From NCBI GenBank assembly GCA_964035545.1, contig OZ037767.1, positions 62,001 through 126,000 of the forward strand: a stretch of 64,000 bases of DNA, read 5' to 3'. Below, one piece after another: positions 12,801 through 25,366 of this stretch. Each line of letters begins with the position of its first letter. Positions within the stretch are counted from its first letter, which is position 1. The DNA comes from Bugula neritina (taxonomy: Eukaryota; Animalia; Bryozoa). Made by a program: the position numbers and the translations under genes. The notes beneath the pieces were generated by a model. It ran no database searches. It was given only the letters and a program-made list of their open reading frames with translations, and was not told where the DNA came from.

Positions 12801-14713
12801 AACACTATACACATACCAGCACACCTCTAACACTACACACATACCAGCACACCTCTAGAGTAACTTAGTACTGGATCACCATTAACACTTACCATAGATA
12901 AGTAAGCCTTCCTTTCCTCTAGATTGTTCTTCACCCAAGCCATTGCTGCCACGAAGACCTGCTCTTCATTCTGAACATTCAACTCATCACTAGAGATGAT
13001 GTCTATGAGCTGATTGAGAGGCAGCAACATGAACTCCTCGCTGTCCATGACCTCACTGAAGTGACTCTGCGTAAACTTATCGGCAGCACGAAGCAGCTCG
13101 CGGCAAGCGTGAGTGTCGGCAAACGCACGGATTCCCAGAACATTGGACGGCGCGAGTTGCTGCTTGAGGAACTCACAGCAAATGTTCTGTATTTCCTTGA
13201 GGTGGAGTATGCAGGCAGCGGGCAGCAGTGTCTGTACGTTGGATTCCTCCACCACAACGTGAGCAGTGTAGCAGAAGTCTAGAATATAGAAATCTATAAG
13301 CAGTGTAGCAGAAGTCTAGAATATAGAAATCTATAAGCAGTGTAGCAGAAGTCTAGAATATAGAAATCTATAGGCAGTGTAGCAGAAGTCTAGAGTATAG
13401 AAATCTATAAGCAGTGTAGTAGAAGTCTAGAATATAGAAATCTATAGGCAGTGTAGCAGAAGTCTAGAGTATAGAAATCTATAGGCAGTGTAGCAGAAGT
13501 CTAGAGTATAGAAATCTATAAGCAGTGTAGTAGAAGTCTAGAATATAGAAATCTATAGGCAGTGTAGCAGAAGTCTAGAATATAGAAATCTATAGGCAGT
13601 GTAGCAGAAGTCTAGAATATAGAAATCTATAGGCAGTGTAGCAGAAGTCTAGAGTATAGAAATCTATAGGCAGTGTAGCAGAAGTCTAGAGTATAGAAAT
13701 CTATAAGCAGTGTAGTAGAAGTCTAGAATATAGAAATCTATAGGCAGTGTAGCAGAAGTCTAGAATATAGAAATCTATAGGCAGTGTAGCAGAAGTATAG
13801 AATATAGAAATCTATAGAAAGATGTGAAACAGAAATATCTGAGAATAAACTGACCTATTAGAGTTTGTAGCGCCATTTCATCAACATCTTTGATAGTGAC
13901 TTCCGTTTGCTTGCTTTCAGCCAGTTCACCTGTAAACATAATATTACCTGTAAACATGGTATCACCTGTAAACATAGTATTACCAATAAACATAATATTA
14001 CCTGTAAACATAATATTACCTGTAAACATGGTATCGCCTGTAAACATAGTATTACCAATAAACATAATATTACCTGTAAACATAATATTACCTGTAAACA
14101 TGGTGTTACCTGTAAACATAGTATTACCTGTAAACATAATATTACCTGTAAACATAATATTACCTGTAAACATAGTATTACCTGTAAACATAATATTACC
14201 TGTAAACATAATATTACCTGTAAACATAATATTACCTGTAAACATAATATTACCTGTAAACATGGTATCACCTGTAAACATAGTGTTACCAATAAACATA
14301 ATATTACCTGTAAACATAATATTACCTGTAAACATAGTATTACCTGTAAACATAGTATTACCTGTAAACATAGTATTACCTGTAAACATGGCACAGAAGT
14401 ACGGACTGCAAGCGGACAACACAACTTTATGAGCCGGGATTCTATGATTGCCAACGCAAATGGTGACGTCACAGAGTTCGTGGCGCTTGTAGAGGAGACA
14501 CATGGACTCAAGGAAATGGCGCGGGTGTTTGTCTGAGGTATAGGAGAGGTGGCCAGCTTGGCGTACTTGGCTGGCCAGAGTGTGGTTGTCGTTGAGTAGG
14601 GCAGGGGAGTAGGATAGTTGCAGCCCCAGAGATGAAGCATGACTAGAGGAAAGGTCATTTGAGGAGATCGTATTCGCTGATGACGTTACGTCAATATTCA
14701 TAACTTTTCTCAT
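9809..14713 (-). CDS. KLHL20: Kelch-like protein 20 / diablo (BTB-BACK-6 Kelch CUL3 adaptor)
   Basis: Predicted exons 14713-14380, 13929-13855, 13278-12893, 12110-11900, 11025-10842, 10735-10249, 9997-9809. The spliced protein closely follows KLHL20: [13 protein letters not shown]|[75 protein letters not shown]. Confidence 0.95.
11085..11893. repeat. 18-nt array (AGTTAGTAGAGAGTATAT)n, KLHL20 intron 4
   Basis: Direct inspection. Confidence 0.95.
12143..12857. repeat. 28-nt array (ACCAGCACACCTCTAACACTATACACAY)n, KLHL20 intron 3
   Basis: About 25 copies. Confidence 0.95.
13263..13817 (-). repeat. 37-nt array spanning the KLHL20 exon 3 acceptor
   Basis: Unit = TTCTAG acceptor plus the first 16 exon nt; 14 copies keep the AG. 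Confidence 0.95.
13930..14379 (-). repeat. 18-nt array forming the whole of KLHL20 intron 1
   Basis: 450 nt = 25 x GTAATAYTATGTTTACAG on the - strand. Confidence 0.95.
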
Positions 14714-17205
14714 TTTTCAACACATGAAACTAAAAAAATATTCTTCTACCATCCGATCATTTCTTCAGATTCTACAAAAACACTATCATAGAACTATTGC
14801 TGATAGCATCAGCTTCAAATATAGCATACCTCATGGCTATCACTAATATCGTATCTCATAGTTACTACCATTAGTATTACCAAATACTAATACCATAATC
14901 ACTTTATCATTCTGTAATTGCCTATAGCTATTGCCTATTGGTAAATCAAATCCCAATATTATAAATAATAATAATTGTAACAGTTCAATTTATAGTAGTT
15001 AATTACATACTGATAGTAATACCAATTAATACTAAAAGATACACCTACACTTACAGTAACAGTTACCGTTAGCAGTACACCTATGGTCTGTGGGCTATCT
15101 TATCCACTTTCAGTATTACTAATACTAACAGTATGACTATGATATCATTATTTTACACCGTAAATAAATTTACTTTAAGTTTATGTTTGGCTTTTACTGT
15201 TTAAAATCTATAACTATAAGACTAAGAGTCAGTTCACTTCCAAGTTTCGGCGTCGAGTTGCATAAGTCAATTTCAGAATTTGAAAATTATAATAAACTTA
15301 AAATAAATAAAAACTTCAACTTTAAGCTTAGAGTGAGAGCAAAACTAAACCCAATCTGTAAAAAGTAAAACTAGTTCCTAGTAGTAGTTGAACTCGGAGT
15401 TAATCATAATGATAATCATAATGTCAATGAGAGCGAGTGACTCGGAGTTAGTGAGCTAAACATAAAGTTAAAATTTAAATTGAAAATAAACCAATAGTAA
15501 TACTAATAGTAATGGTAATAATATTACTATTAATATTACTAATACTAATAGTAACGTGAGTAATGTAATGTCTAATTCAACTTTCAAGTAATTCCAAAAC
15601 TGAAGGCGTAGGCCTAACCATCAAGACTACTAATTGGTGAAAATCATTTAAAACTCTAACACATTGAACAACCTGATTATTGCTAAATCTAGCAGCTTTC
15701 AAATCAAAAATTGAAGCCGACTCTTACTCATAGTGATTATCAATATTTTTTATAATATTAATTACCATTTGATTTATTTAAAACTAATTGTCAAGTTATC
15801 GCTACTTACTCAGCCGGAAACAATAATTATGGTGTACACATACGGTCGTTGTTCTCACGCCATCGAAGCCCTGTTTAATGGCTCTTCACAAAAATATTTT
15901 AAATTAAAAAGACAAAAGCTATGTATATAAATAATATATAATGTAGTACATATATATATATATATATAATCAATTTTCAAAGCATAACTGTCATTTCAAC
16001 TGCCATATGTTTTTCATGAGAAAACAACTCTCATTATATCCGCTGCCGCAAGTCTGGCTGGATAGCTGCGTGTATTATAGCGTACATACCTCTCCTAATA
16101 TCATTACTGTCAACACTTGCTTTGCTAAAAGAGCAAAAGCATGATTGCCACTTGGGGACTATAAAATTTATCTTGCATGCAATACTTTGCCGCATGTTGT
16201 TCTGGAAGATTTGGCTAATATATTAATCTAAAATGGCTTATAGTAGGCTATAGCAATATTTTTTGGTGTCATCATAGCGGATAATTCTAAAATTCTGTTT
16301 TCCTGTGCTATTTCATCCTCAATGTATTTGTAATTTTTTACTTTGTTGACAATAATAGGAGTTGAAAGTAGTCTAACTTGTTGAATTCCTCTGTAAGCAT
16401 ATATATAATAAATATTATAGTGAGTGTCTGATATATTCTGCAGCAGCAGTTCTGGGCTATCTGCTAGAATGTAGCTCATAGTATTATGTTAGTCATAGCA
16501 AATATTCTGGGAGATTTAAATTAGTTAAACTGTAAACTACAGAGTATAGACAATAGCGAAGCTAGCCTAAATGGTATTTTTTAGTTGGGTATACAAGCTG
16601 CATGCAACTTCACCTGACTGCTTTAATTAGACAGACACTTTCCTAGATGCTACATGGTTTACTAGATAACTTCGTTTACCCACACAGAGGCACTGGGCTC
16701 ACTGAGGGTAGCTGATAATTGAATCATTCCATCTATTGATTGCACATCAGAATGAAGTATATCTAGTCTACCACTCAGCTAGCTGATGACACACAGACAG
16801 ACAGGCTATCATCAGTGCTGCAGGTGATGTTTGACGAGTGTAAACACAAGTTGTCATTAGAGATATTCACATGACTCTACATGATAGAAGAGGTAAGGTT
16901 TGGACATTGCTTCTAGTTCTGTCTCTTTGATAACTCTTCTGTGCTCTTTTCATAAGTTGTCACTCGCTTTCCTTGAATTATTATCACTTTTCGATAAAAT
17001 CAGCCTTTGATACTTTTCACTAGATAAAAATTGTACAACTTTGTGTTATGGAGTTGTGTGATGTAATGATTTTAGATGATTTGTTCAGAAGTAAAAACGC
17101 AACGGTGTAATGTTAGTGCATACACTAGACAGGTATGATAAGGTAAGGTGTATTGTTGCTTCTATAGTTGTAATATCATAACATAACCACACTATTCATT
17201 CCTAG

Positions 17206-20200
17206 AGTAATAGTCAACACATGCTGTCTAAGATGGATCAACATAATATATCTGATTTCCCTCAACAATCAGAGGCTAAGAGAGGACTCTGCACTAATCA
17301 CGTGACACTGGAATGTTTAGTAGAGAAGATGATACTATCATTTGGTAGGTGATGACTTGAGAAAGTGTGAATTGTAGACTATTATATACAATGGTTATAT
17401 ACAATGGTTATATACAATGGTTATATACAATGGTAATATACAATGGTAATATACAATGGTTATATACAATGGTAATATACAATGGTAATATACAATGGTT
17501 ATGTACAATGGTACTATACAATGGTAATATACAATGGTAATATACAATGGTTATATACAATGGTTATATACAATGGTAATATACAATGGTTATATACAAT
17601 AGTTATATACAATAGTTATATACAATGGTAATATACAATGGTTATGTACAATGGTACTATACAATGGTAATATACAATGGTAATATACAATGGTAATATA
17701 CAATGGTTATGTACAATGGTACTATACAATGGTAATATACAATGGTAATATACAATGGTTATATACAATGGTTATATACAATAGTTATATACAATGGTTA
17801 TATACAATGGTTATATACAATGGTAATATACAATGGTTATATACAATGGTTATATACAATAGTTATATACAATGGTAATATACAATGGTAATATACAATG
17901 GTTATGTACAATGGTACTATACAATGGTAATATACAATGGTAATATACAATGGTTATATACAATGGTTATATACAATGGTTATATACAATGCTTATATAC
18001 AATGGTTATATACAATGGTTATATACAATGGTTATATACAATGGTTATATACAATGGTTATATACAATGGTTATATGGACATCTTTGCTTATCACAGACA
18101 TAGAAACTGGAACTTTGCCAGCAGAGAAAGTCTCAGATGTGAGAACTATTCTGTCAGCCCACCAGTGGTTCACCAGCTCCTTGCATCTGTTCAGTGCTAT
18201 TACTAGCCAGGTTGTGTTACATTCTCCCAGGGGAAGACACACTAAGCTACAGTCATATGCAGTAAGTAGATATAATATAAGTTACAGTCATATAGAGTAA
18301 GTAGATATAATATAAGTTACAGTCATATAGAGTAAGTAGATATAATATAAGTTACAGTCATGTAGAGTAAGTAGATATAATATAAGTTACAGTCATATAG
18401 AGTAAGTATATATAATATAAGTTACAGTCATATAGAGTAAGTATATAATTTAATATAAGTTACAGTCATATAGAGTAAGTATATATAATATAAGTTACAG
18501 TCATATAGAGTAAGTATATAATTTAATATAAGTTACAGTCATGTAGAGTAAGTATATATAATATAAGTTACAGTCATATAGAGTAAGTAGATATAATATA
18601 AGTTACAGTCATGTAGAGTAAGTATATATAATATAAGTTACATTCATATAGAGTAAGTAGATATAATATAAGTTACAGTCATACAGAGTAAGTATATATA
18701 ATATAAGTTACAGTCATATAGAGTAAGTATATAATATAAGTTACAGTCATATAGAGTAAGTATATATAATATAAGTTACAGTCATATAGAGTAAGTAGAT
18801 ATAATTTAGTTCTCCAGAAAGCTGCAGTGTGTATGCAGTGACGCCTCGCTGAGGGAGAGACATAACAAATGTCTGCAGCAGTTAGAAAATAAAAACTCAG
18901 TTGCTACTCTTGGCGGCCCAGTCTCAGAGCGGAAGGACTTGACCCCCACCCCCAATTCTCTGGTGAGCAACCAGAGTACCAAAGACTCCAAAAACTCCGA
19001 GAGATGCCATCTGGTGTGCCATGTTTTGAGGTGAATGCTTATACTGAATCCACGACATTTCGAAAATGACAGTTGGAAAACACCAATTGGAAAATGACAT
19101 TTGGAAAATGAAGAATGTTCAAGATGGTCTAGTCCAGAGGGGGCACTTAGTATCTGGTCGGGTTCCAAATAGCTTTTGTAAATGTGAACAATTTAAAATT
19201 AAAACTACTCGGTAACTAATTCTACTTCAATGATAGCCTAACTGATTCAGCCATTATATTTATTTTTAAAAGCTATTTTAGAATTGACCAGATACCAAAC
19301 AACCCTTCAAAACTAGATCATGTTGAATAATTTTCCTTTTCCAAATGTCTATTTTCCAAATGTCTATTTTCTAATTGTCCATTTTCTAATTGTTCATTTC
19401 CCAAATAGCTGTTTTCCAATTATCATTTTCAAAATGTCGTGTCACCGCTTAGACTAGCTATAGTTTGTGTGTTTCAGAGACATTTAGTAGTTTATGGTGT
19501 GCTCTATCATCATATGTCTCAATAGTTGGTTGCTATGGAGATGAAATAGTCTTAGTAATCAACTACAGGTACTGGATGGAGACGTATCCTCACCACTTCC
19601 AATCCTGTCCACAACTATTATCAGCCTTGAAAAAGTTCAGAAAAGCCATTGCCAGCAATAACATGCCTAATCACCTGGTGTCTTCACTCAACTTCTGTGA
19701 GTTGTTTGCTCTCTAGGAATTTGTTTATTGATAGTGCTAACATTGTCTAGTATCATTATTACTCTATACTGCAGTTATTATAGATGCAATGTATGATTCA
19801 TATTCAAATAATTTAATATCAAATCAGCTCCATCTGCCAAGGCTGATATTTCTAAGGTGTATCTTTCACCATCGCTAGGTAACACTTGCAACTTTCCATA
19901 CCCGTTCTTAAAATACCACAGTACTTGCTGTGCGAGGTGTAGGTAATGACTGTCACATCACATGCACCTGCCTGTCACAGCACACCTGCTTGTCACAGCA
20001 TACCTGCTGGTCACATGCACCTGCCTGTCACAGCATACCTGCTTGTCACAGCACACCTGCTGGTCACATGATACCTGCTTAATGCCACATAATACCTGCC
20101 TGTCACAGTACACCTGCTGGTCACAGCATACCTGCTTGTCACATAATACCTGCCTGTCACATGATACCTGCCTGTCACATAATGCCTGCCTGTCACATGA

Positions 20201-23200
20201 TACCTGCCTGTCACATGATACCTGGTTGCCACATAATACCTGCTATCCACTATCTAATTCCAGTAAAATGGCACAAGTGGAAAAGTAGGTAAAAATGTCA
20301 CATTTTCAATATTAGAGTTTGGGGATGTAGGCTTGAGTTTAGGGTTTGGGGTTTGGGAAAACTTTACATCAGCTTGCCATTTTACCTACTTTCGATTTGT
20401 GGCATTTTTACCTAAAATTGTGGCATGCATTAGCAGTGTCAGTCGTTTTCAATAACATTTGAATAACTATTCATTCCTCAAGACAGGCTAAGTTTTAACT
20501 AATGCACTTTGCAAGTGGTAAGCTGTTGTAAAAACTGAATCATTTTGATATCAAATCTAACCATTACTTTGACTATTTGAGGCAGTTTCAGACCGGATCT
20601 ATAAGTTGATTCAAAGCTAAATGCTGGTAGCGAGAAGCAGCGATTCTCTCAAACTAATGATTTACCAGCAGCTTCTGGTTTTATACATTACAGATCAAAT
20701 TCAGTCTGGCTGTTGGGCACAAAAAAGAAAATCAAAAGCTAAGCTCCTAAAGATCTGTCGCGCAGCTAATCAGAGTAAACAAAGAACATCTTTAATCATT
20801 GAAAATCTAAATTGTGAAGAGTTGGCAATACATCTGAGTTACATAGACTACCAAGTGTGCAGTGACATCACTGTGAGTATACCAACTTATAACACCCGAT
20901 AGATAGATATAGATATATTGCATATGCTCAAACTCAATCTCTTGCTTTCATTAGTTTGAAGATTGCAAGAAATATGCCAAGACATCTTCGATGGATGGCA
21001 TCCCTCACTTGGAGAGATCAGTAACTGTTTTTAATGGACTCACTCAGTGGATACAGCTAATGGTACTGTCAAAGAGTAGTGCTAAGGAGAGAGCAATAAT
21101 CATAACAAGATTTCTTCAAACCGCCCAGGTGCGTGTTTTCTCATTTTATTTTATATATTTACACTTTGTTACATGGCTTGTGATCTAAATATTTGATTTA
21201 AAAGTGTTCCCTTTTCAATAGTACATATCAGCACCCTCCCCTTTCAGTAATAAGGATTCATGTTGCTTCTTGCTCATAAAAGGAAAGGATGTTATGTTAG
21301 TATTTTACAACTATGATGAAAGAATACAAATGGTACTTGTTACTGCACATGGTGTAATTTTACTTTGACAGCATCTAGTGAAAATGAGAAGTTTTAACAC
21401 AGCAATGGCTGTAGTTGGGAGTATAACCCACAGTTGTATTGTGAGACTCCATAAAACTTTCAGCCATCTTTCCCCTGCGACACAGAAGGTGGGCGTTACA
21501 AATACTTCTAATTAACATTATATATAATATATGTGTGTGTGTGTGTGTATGTGAGTGTGTGTGTGTGTGTGTGTATATGTATGTGTGTGTATGTATGTAT
21601 ATATGTGTGTGTGTGTGTGTGTGTATCTATACTGTTACTTTGAATGATGACAGATACTAGAAGAGCTCTCAGAGCTGGTGTCAGCGAAAAACAACTACCA
21701 GAACTACAGGAAGTTAATCAACTCGCTGACTGAAGACAGCTCCTTCTACTATCCAATCGTGTGAGTTGTTACTATAACATAGTACTGTATACTCTGTTAC
21801 TATATAACATAGTACTGTATACTCTGTTACTATAACGTAGTACTGTATACTCTGTTACTATAACGTAGTACTGTATACTCTGTTACTATAACATAGTACT
21901 GTATACTCTGTTACTATAACGTAGTACTGTATACTCTGTTACTATAACGTAGTACTGTATACTCTGTCACTGTAACATAGTACTGTATACTCTGTTACTA
22001 TAACATAGTACTGTATACTCTGTTACTATAACATAGTACTGTATACTCTGTTACTATATATACATACATGCATATGCAGAGGCATTCATCTGAAAGACCT
22101 CGTAGCAGTGAACTCGGCTCACGCTGACACAGTAGGAGAGGCAGCACAATGTCTCAACTTTCACAAACTGACCTTGATATCAGACGTAATGTCACGCCTC
22201 ATCTGTCTCCACTCTCTCCCTTTTCTGCACCGAGTGACCCCGGATATCCTGGACACACTCAACTTTGCTATAGACATCTTTTATTCTGATGAGGAAATCT
22301 ACCAGCGGTCTTTATCTAGAGAGCCCCGTGTCAGTCAGCCCAGCAGTGTGGTATTGCAACGCTATTACTATATGATACTGTGTGATACTATACTGTATGA
22401 TATGCTATACTATGTAATACTATATGATGTGCTATATATATGATATTATATGATATTATATGATATACTATGCTATATAATACCATATGATATATTATCT
22501 GATACTATAATTATGATACACTATATGATATACTATATGATATACTATATGATACTATACCATATGATATACTATATGATACTATATGATATATTATATG
22601 ATACTATACAATATACTATACAATATACTATAATGTGCTATGTAATACTATATGATAATTTAGATACCAGTCCCTCATCTCAACTCATCTCAGTTCACTC
22701 TCACTTCTTCTTGGAGAAATGCTTGCAGACCTCCTGATGAGTCTATGATTAACAAACACATATCCAGTATGGTTAAGGTACGTGTACTATATAATATATA
22801 CTATATACTATATACTATATACTATACACTATACACTATACACTATACACTATACACTATACACTATACACTATATACTATATACTATATACTATATACT
22901 ATATACTATACACTATACACTATACACTATACACTATACACTATACACTATATACTATATACTATATACTATATACTATATACTATATACTATGTACTAT
23001 ATACTATATACTATATACTATGTACTATGTACTATATACTATATACTATATACTATACACTATACACTGTATAGAGAGTGTATAAATATATAAATAAAGT
23101 GTGTGTTGAAGGCTATATTTAGGAATGGTGTGTGTTGAAGGCTATATTTAGAAATGGTGTGTGTTGAAGGCTATATTTAGAAACTATGATGATGACCGAG

Positions 23201-25346
23201 ATGGGTTCATATCTATTGAGGAATTGGATCTCATCTCAAGAAATTTTCCTTTCATTGAGTCAATGAGCCTTCTTGGCATTTCAGAGTGAGTGTAATATTA
23301 TATTATATTATATTGTGTTATATTATATTATAATAGATTATATTATTTTATGTTGTATTATATTATATTATATTATATTGTATTATATTATATTATAATA
23401 GATTATATTATATTATGTTGTATTATAATATATTGTATTATACTATTATATTATATTACATTATATTATTATATTGTATTGTATTATATTATATTGTATT
23501 ATATTATATTATATTATGTTGTATTATAATATATTATATTATATCATACTGTATTATATTATATCATATAATATTATATTTATATTATATTGTCTCTCAG
23601 AAACGGGCTGCTGAGTGAGAATGAAGTAAGTCGATACTTCCTGTTAGCAAAGTGTAGCTCCAGTAAACAAACAGCCAGACATAACTTTGAAGAGACAACC
23701 TACTTTAAGCTTAAGTTCTGTGACCACTGCTCGGGGTTGGTGAGTTGGAACATTCTAGATTAATTACGTAGATGTGTGACATCATACTAATGTATACAGA
23801 GTAGTAATAGTTGACCTAGATGTGTGACATCAAACTAATGTATACGGAGTAGTAATAGTTGACCTAGATGTGTGACATCAAACTAATGTATACGGAGTAG
23901 TAATAGTTGACCTAGATGTGTGACATCAAACTAATGTATACGGAGTAGTAATAGTTGACCTAGATGTGTGACATCAAACTAATGTATACGGAGTAGTAAT
24001 AGTTGACCTAGATGTGTGACATTATACTAATGTATACAGAGTAGTAATAGTTGACCTAGATGTGTGACATCATACTAATGTATACATAGTAGTAATAGTT
24101 GACCTAGATATGTGACATCATACTAATGTATACAGAGTAGTAATAGTTGACCTAGATATGTGACATCATACTAATGTATACGGAGTAGTAATAGTTGACC
24201 TAGATATGTGACATCATACTAATGTATACGGAGTAGTAATAGTTGACCTAGATGTGTGACATTATACTAATGTATACGGAGTAGTAATAGTTGACCTAGA
24301 TATGTGACATCATACTAATGTATACAGAGTAGTAATAGTTGACCTAGATATGTGACATTATATTATTACGTTGTATAACTGCAGCTGTGGGGGGCCACGA
24401 AGCAAGGGTGGAAGTGTAAGGACTGCAGTATAAATGCTCACAAGAGTTGCAAAGATAAAGTAGTTATGGAATGTCTGGTGAAGGGGGAGAGGTCCATTTG
24501 TGCTGGCAGTAGTCAACAGAGTGAAATGTGTCAACAGAGTGAACTGAGTCAGCAAAGTGAAATGAATCAACAGAGTGACATGTGTCAGCAGAGTGACATG
24601 TGTCAACAGAGTGATTCCAGAGAAGTGTGTACTTCCTCAGCCAGTGATGGAGCTCCAACCAGTCACCTACTTTCAGAATACAAGAAGATGGTTGCTGACC
24701 TGAACGAGGTTGGTCTTCTCACCTTATCATGATAAACACTAACTTTACAACTTCCTATACTTGTACGTATGCTGTTTGGTAGACACTAGTTCTCCTGTAA
24801 TATACTTGTACGTATACTGTTTGGTAGACAGTAGTTCTCCTGTAATATACTTGTACGTATACTGTTTGGTAGACAGTAGTTCTCCTGTAACATACTTGTA
24901 CGTATACTGTTTGGTAGACACTAGTTCTTCTGTAATATACCTGTACGTATACTGTTTGGTAGACACTAGTTCTCCTGTAATATACTTGTACGTATACTGT
25001 TTGGTAGACACTAGTTCTCCTGTAACATACTTGTACGTACACTGTTTGGTAGACAGTAGTTCTCCTGTAATATACTTGTACGTATACTGTTTGGTAGATA
25101 CTAGTTCTCCTGTAATATACTTGTACGTATACTGTTTGGTAGACACTAGTTCTCCTGTAACATACTTGTACGTATACTGTTTGGTAGATACTAGTTCTCC
25201 TGTAATATACTTGTACGTACACTGTTTAATAGACACTAGTGCTAGAAAGACAAAAAAGCACACAAGTCCTAGAGATGTTGCAGAAGCAGCAGAAAGAAAT
25301 CGAATATTTGAAGTCATGCACAGCTAAACAGCATGAAGTATGTTGA
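17206..25346 (+). CDS. RASGRP: Ras guanyl-releasing protein (REM, CDC25 GEF, EF-hand, C1, C-terminal coiled coil)
   Basis: Predicted exons 17206-17344 (ATG at 17221, or an upstream exon near 16881-16892), 18098-18261, 18810-19030, 19569-19696, 20694-20872, 20955-21128, 21372-21488, 21654-21760, 22080-22350, 22664-22777, 23170-23285, 23601-23739, 24385-24708, 25233-25346. Motifs: [44 protein letters not shown]-hand [15 protein letters not shown]1 [42 protein letters not shown]. The 5' exons are least certain. Confidence 0.88.
17382..18076. repeat. 14-nt array (ATATACAATGGTWA)n
   Basis: RasGRP intron. Confidence 0.95.
18246..18805 (+). repeat. ~35-nt array spanning a RasGRP donor
   Basis: Unit contains TTACAG-TCATATAGA-GTAAGT; about 15 copies. 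Confidence 0.9.
19044..19447. mobile_element. Non-autonomous foldback-type DNA element in a RasGRP intron
   Basis: Inverted ends CACGACATTTCGAAAATGAC and TCATTTTCAAAATGTCGTG with ~15-nt TTGGAAAA subrepeats. Flanks CTTATA/CTTAGA resemble a degenerate 6-bp TSD. Confidence 0.65.
20262..20412. mobile_element. Short MITE with a degenerate TTAGGG-like core
   Basis: Inverted arms GTAAAATGGCACAA...AAAGTAGGTAAAA and TTTTACCTACTTT...TTGTGGCATTTTTAC enclose TTTAGGG/TTTGGG units. Confidence 0.55.
23770..24358. repeat. 48-nt array within the C1-domain intron
   Basis: About 12 copies of AGATGTGTGACATCATACTAATGTATAC...GTTGACCT. Confidence 0.95.
24756..25240 (+). repeat. 45-nt array spanning the last RasGRP acceptor
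   Basis: 11 copies of TAG|ACACTAGT. Confidence 0.95.
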
Positions 25347-25366
25347 TACTGGAGTCCAGTGACGTG

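Noticed and set aside
14714-17205. Bidirectional promoter between KLHL20 and RasGRP
   Set aside because: The divergent arrangement is real, but no transcription start or promoter element can be located from sequence alone.
20311-20357. Interstitial telomere
   Set aside because: Few, degenerate TTAGGG-like units enclosed by inverted repeats; better explained as a MITE core.
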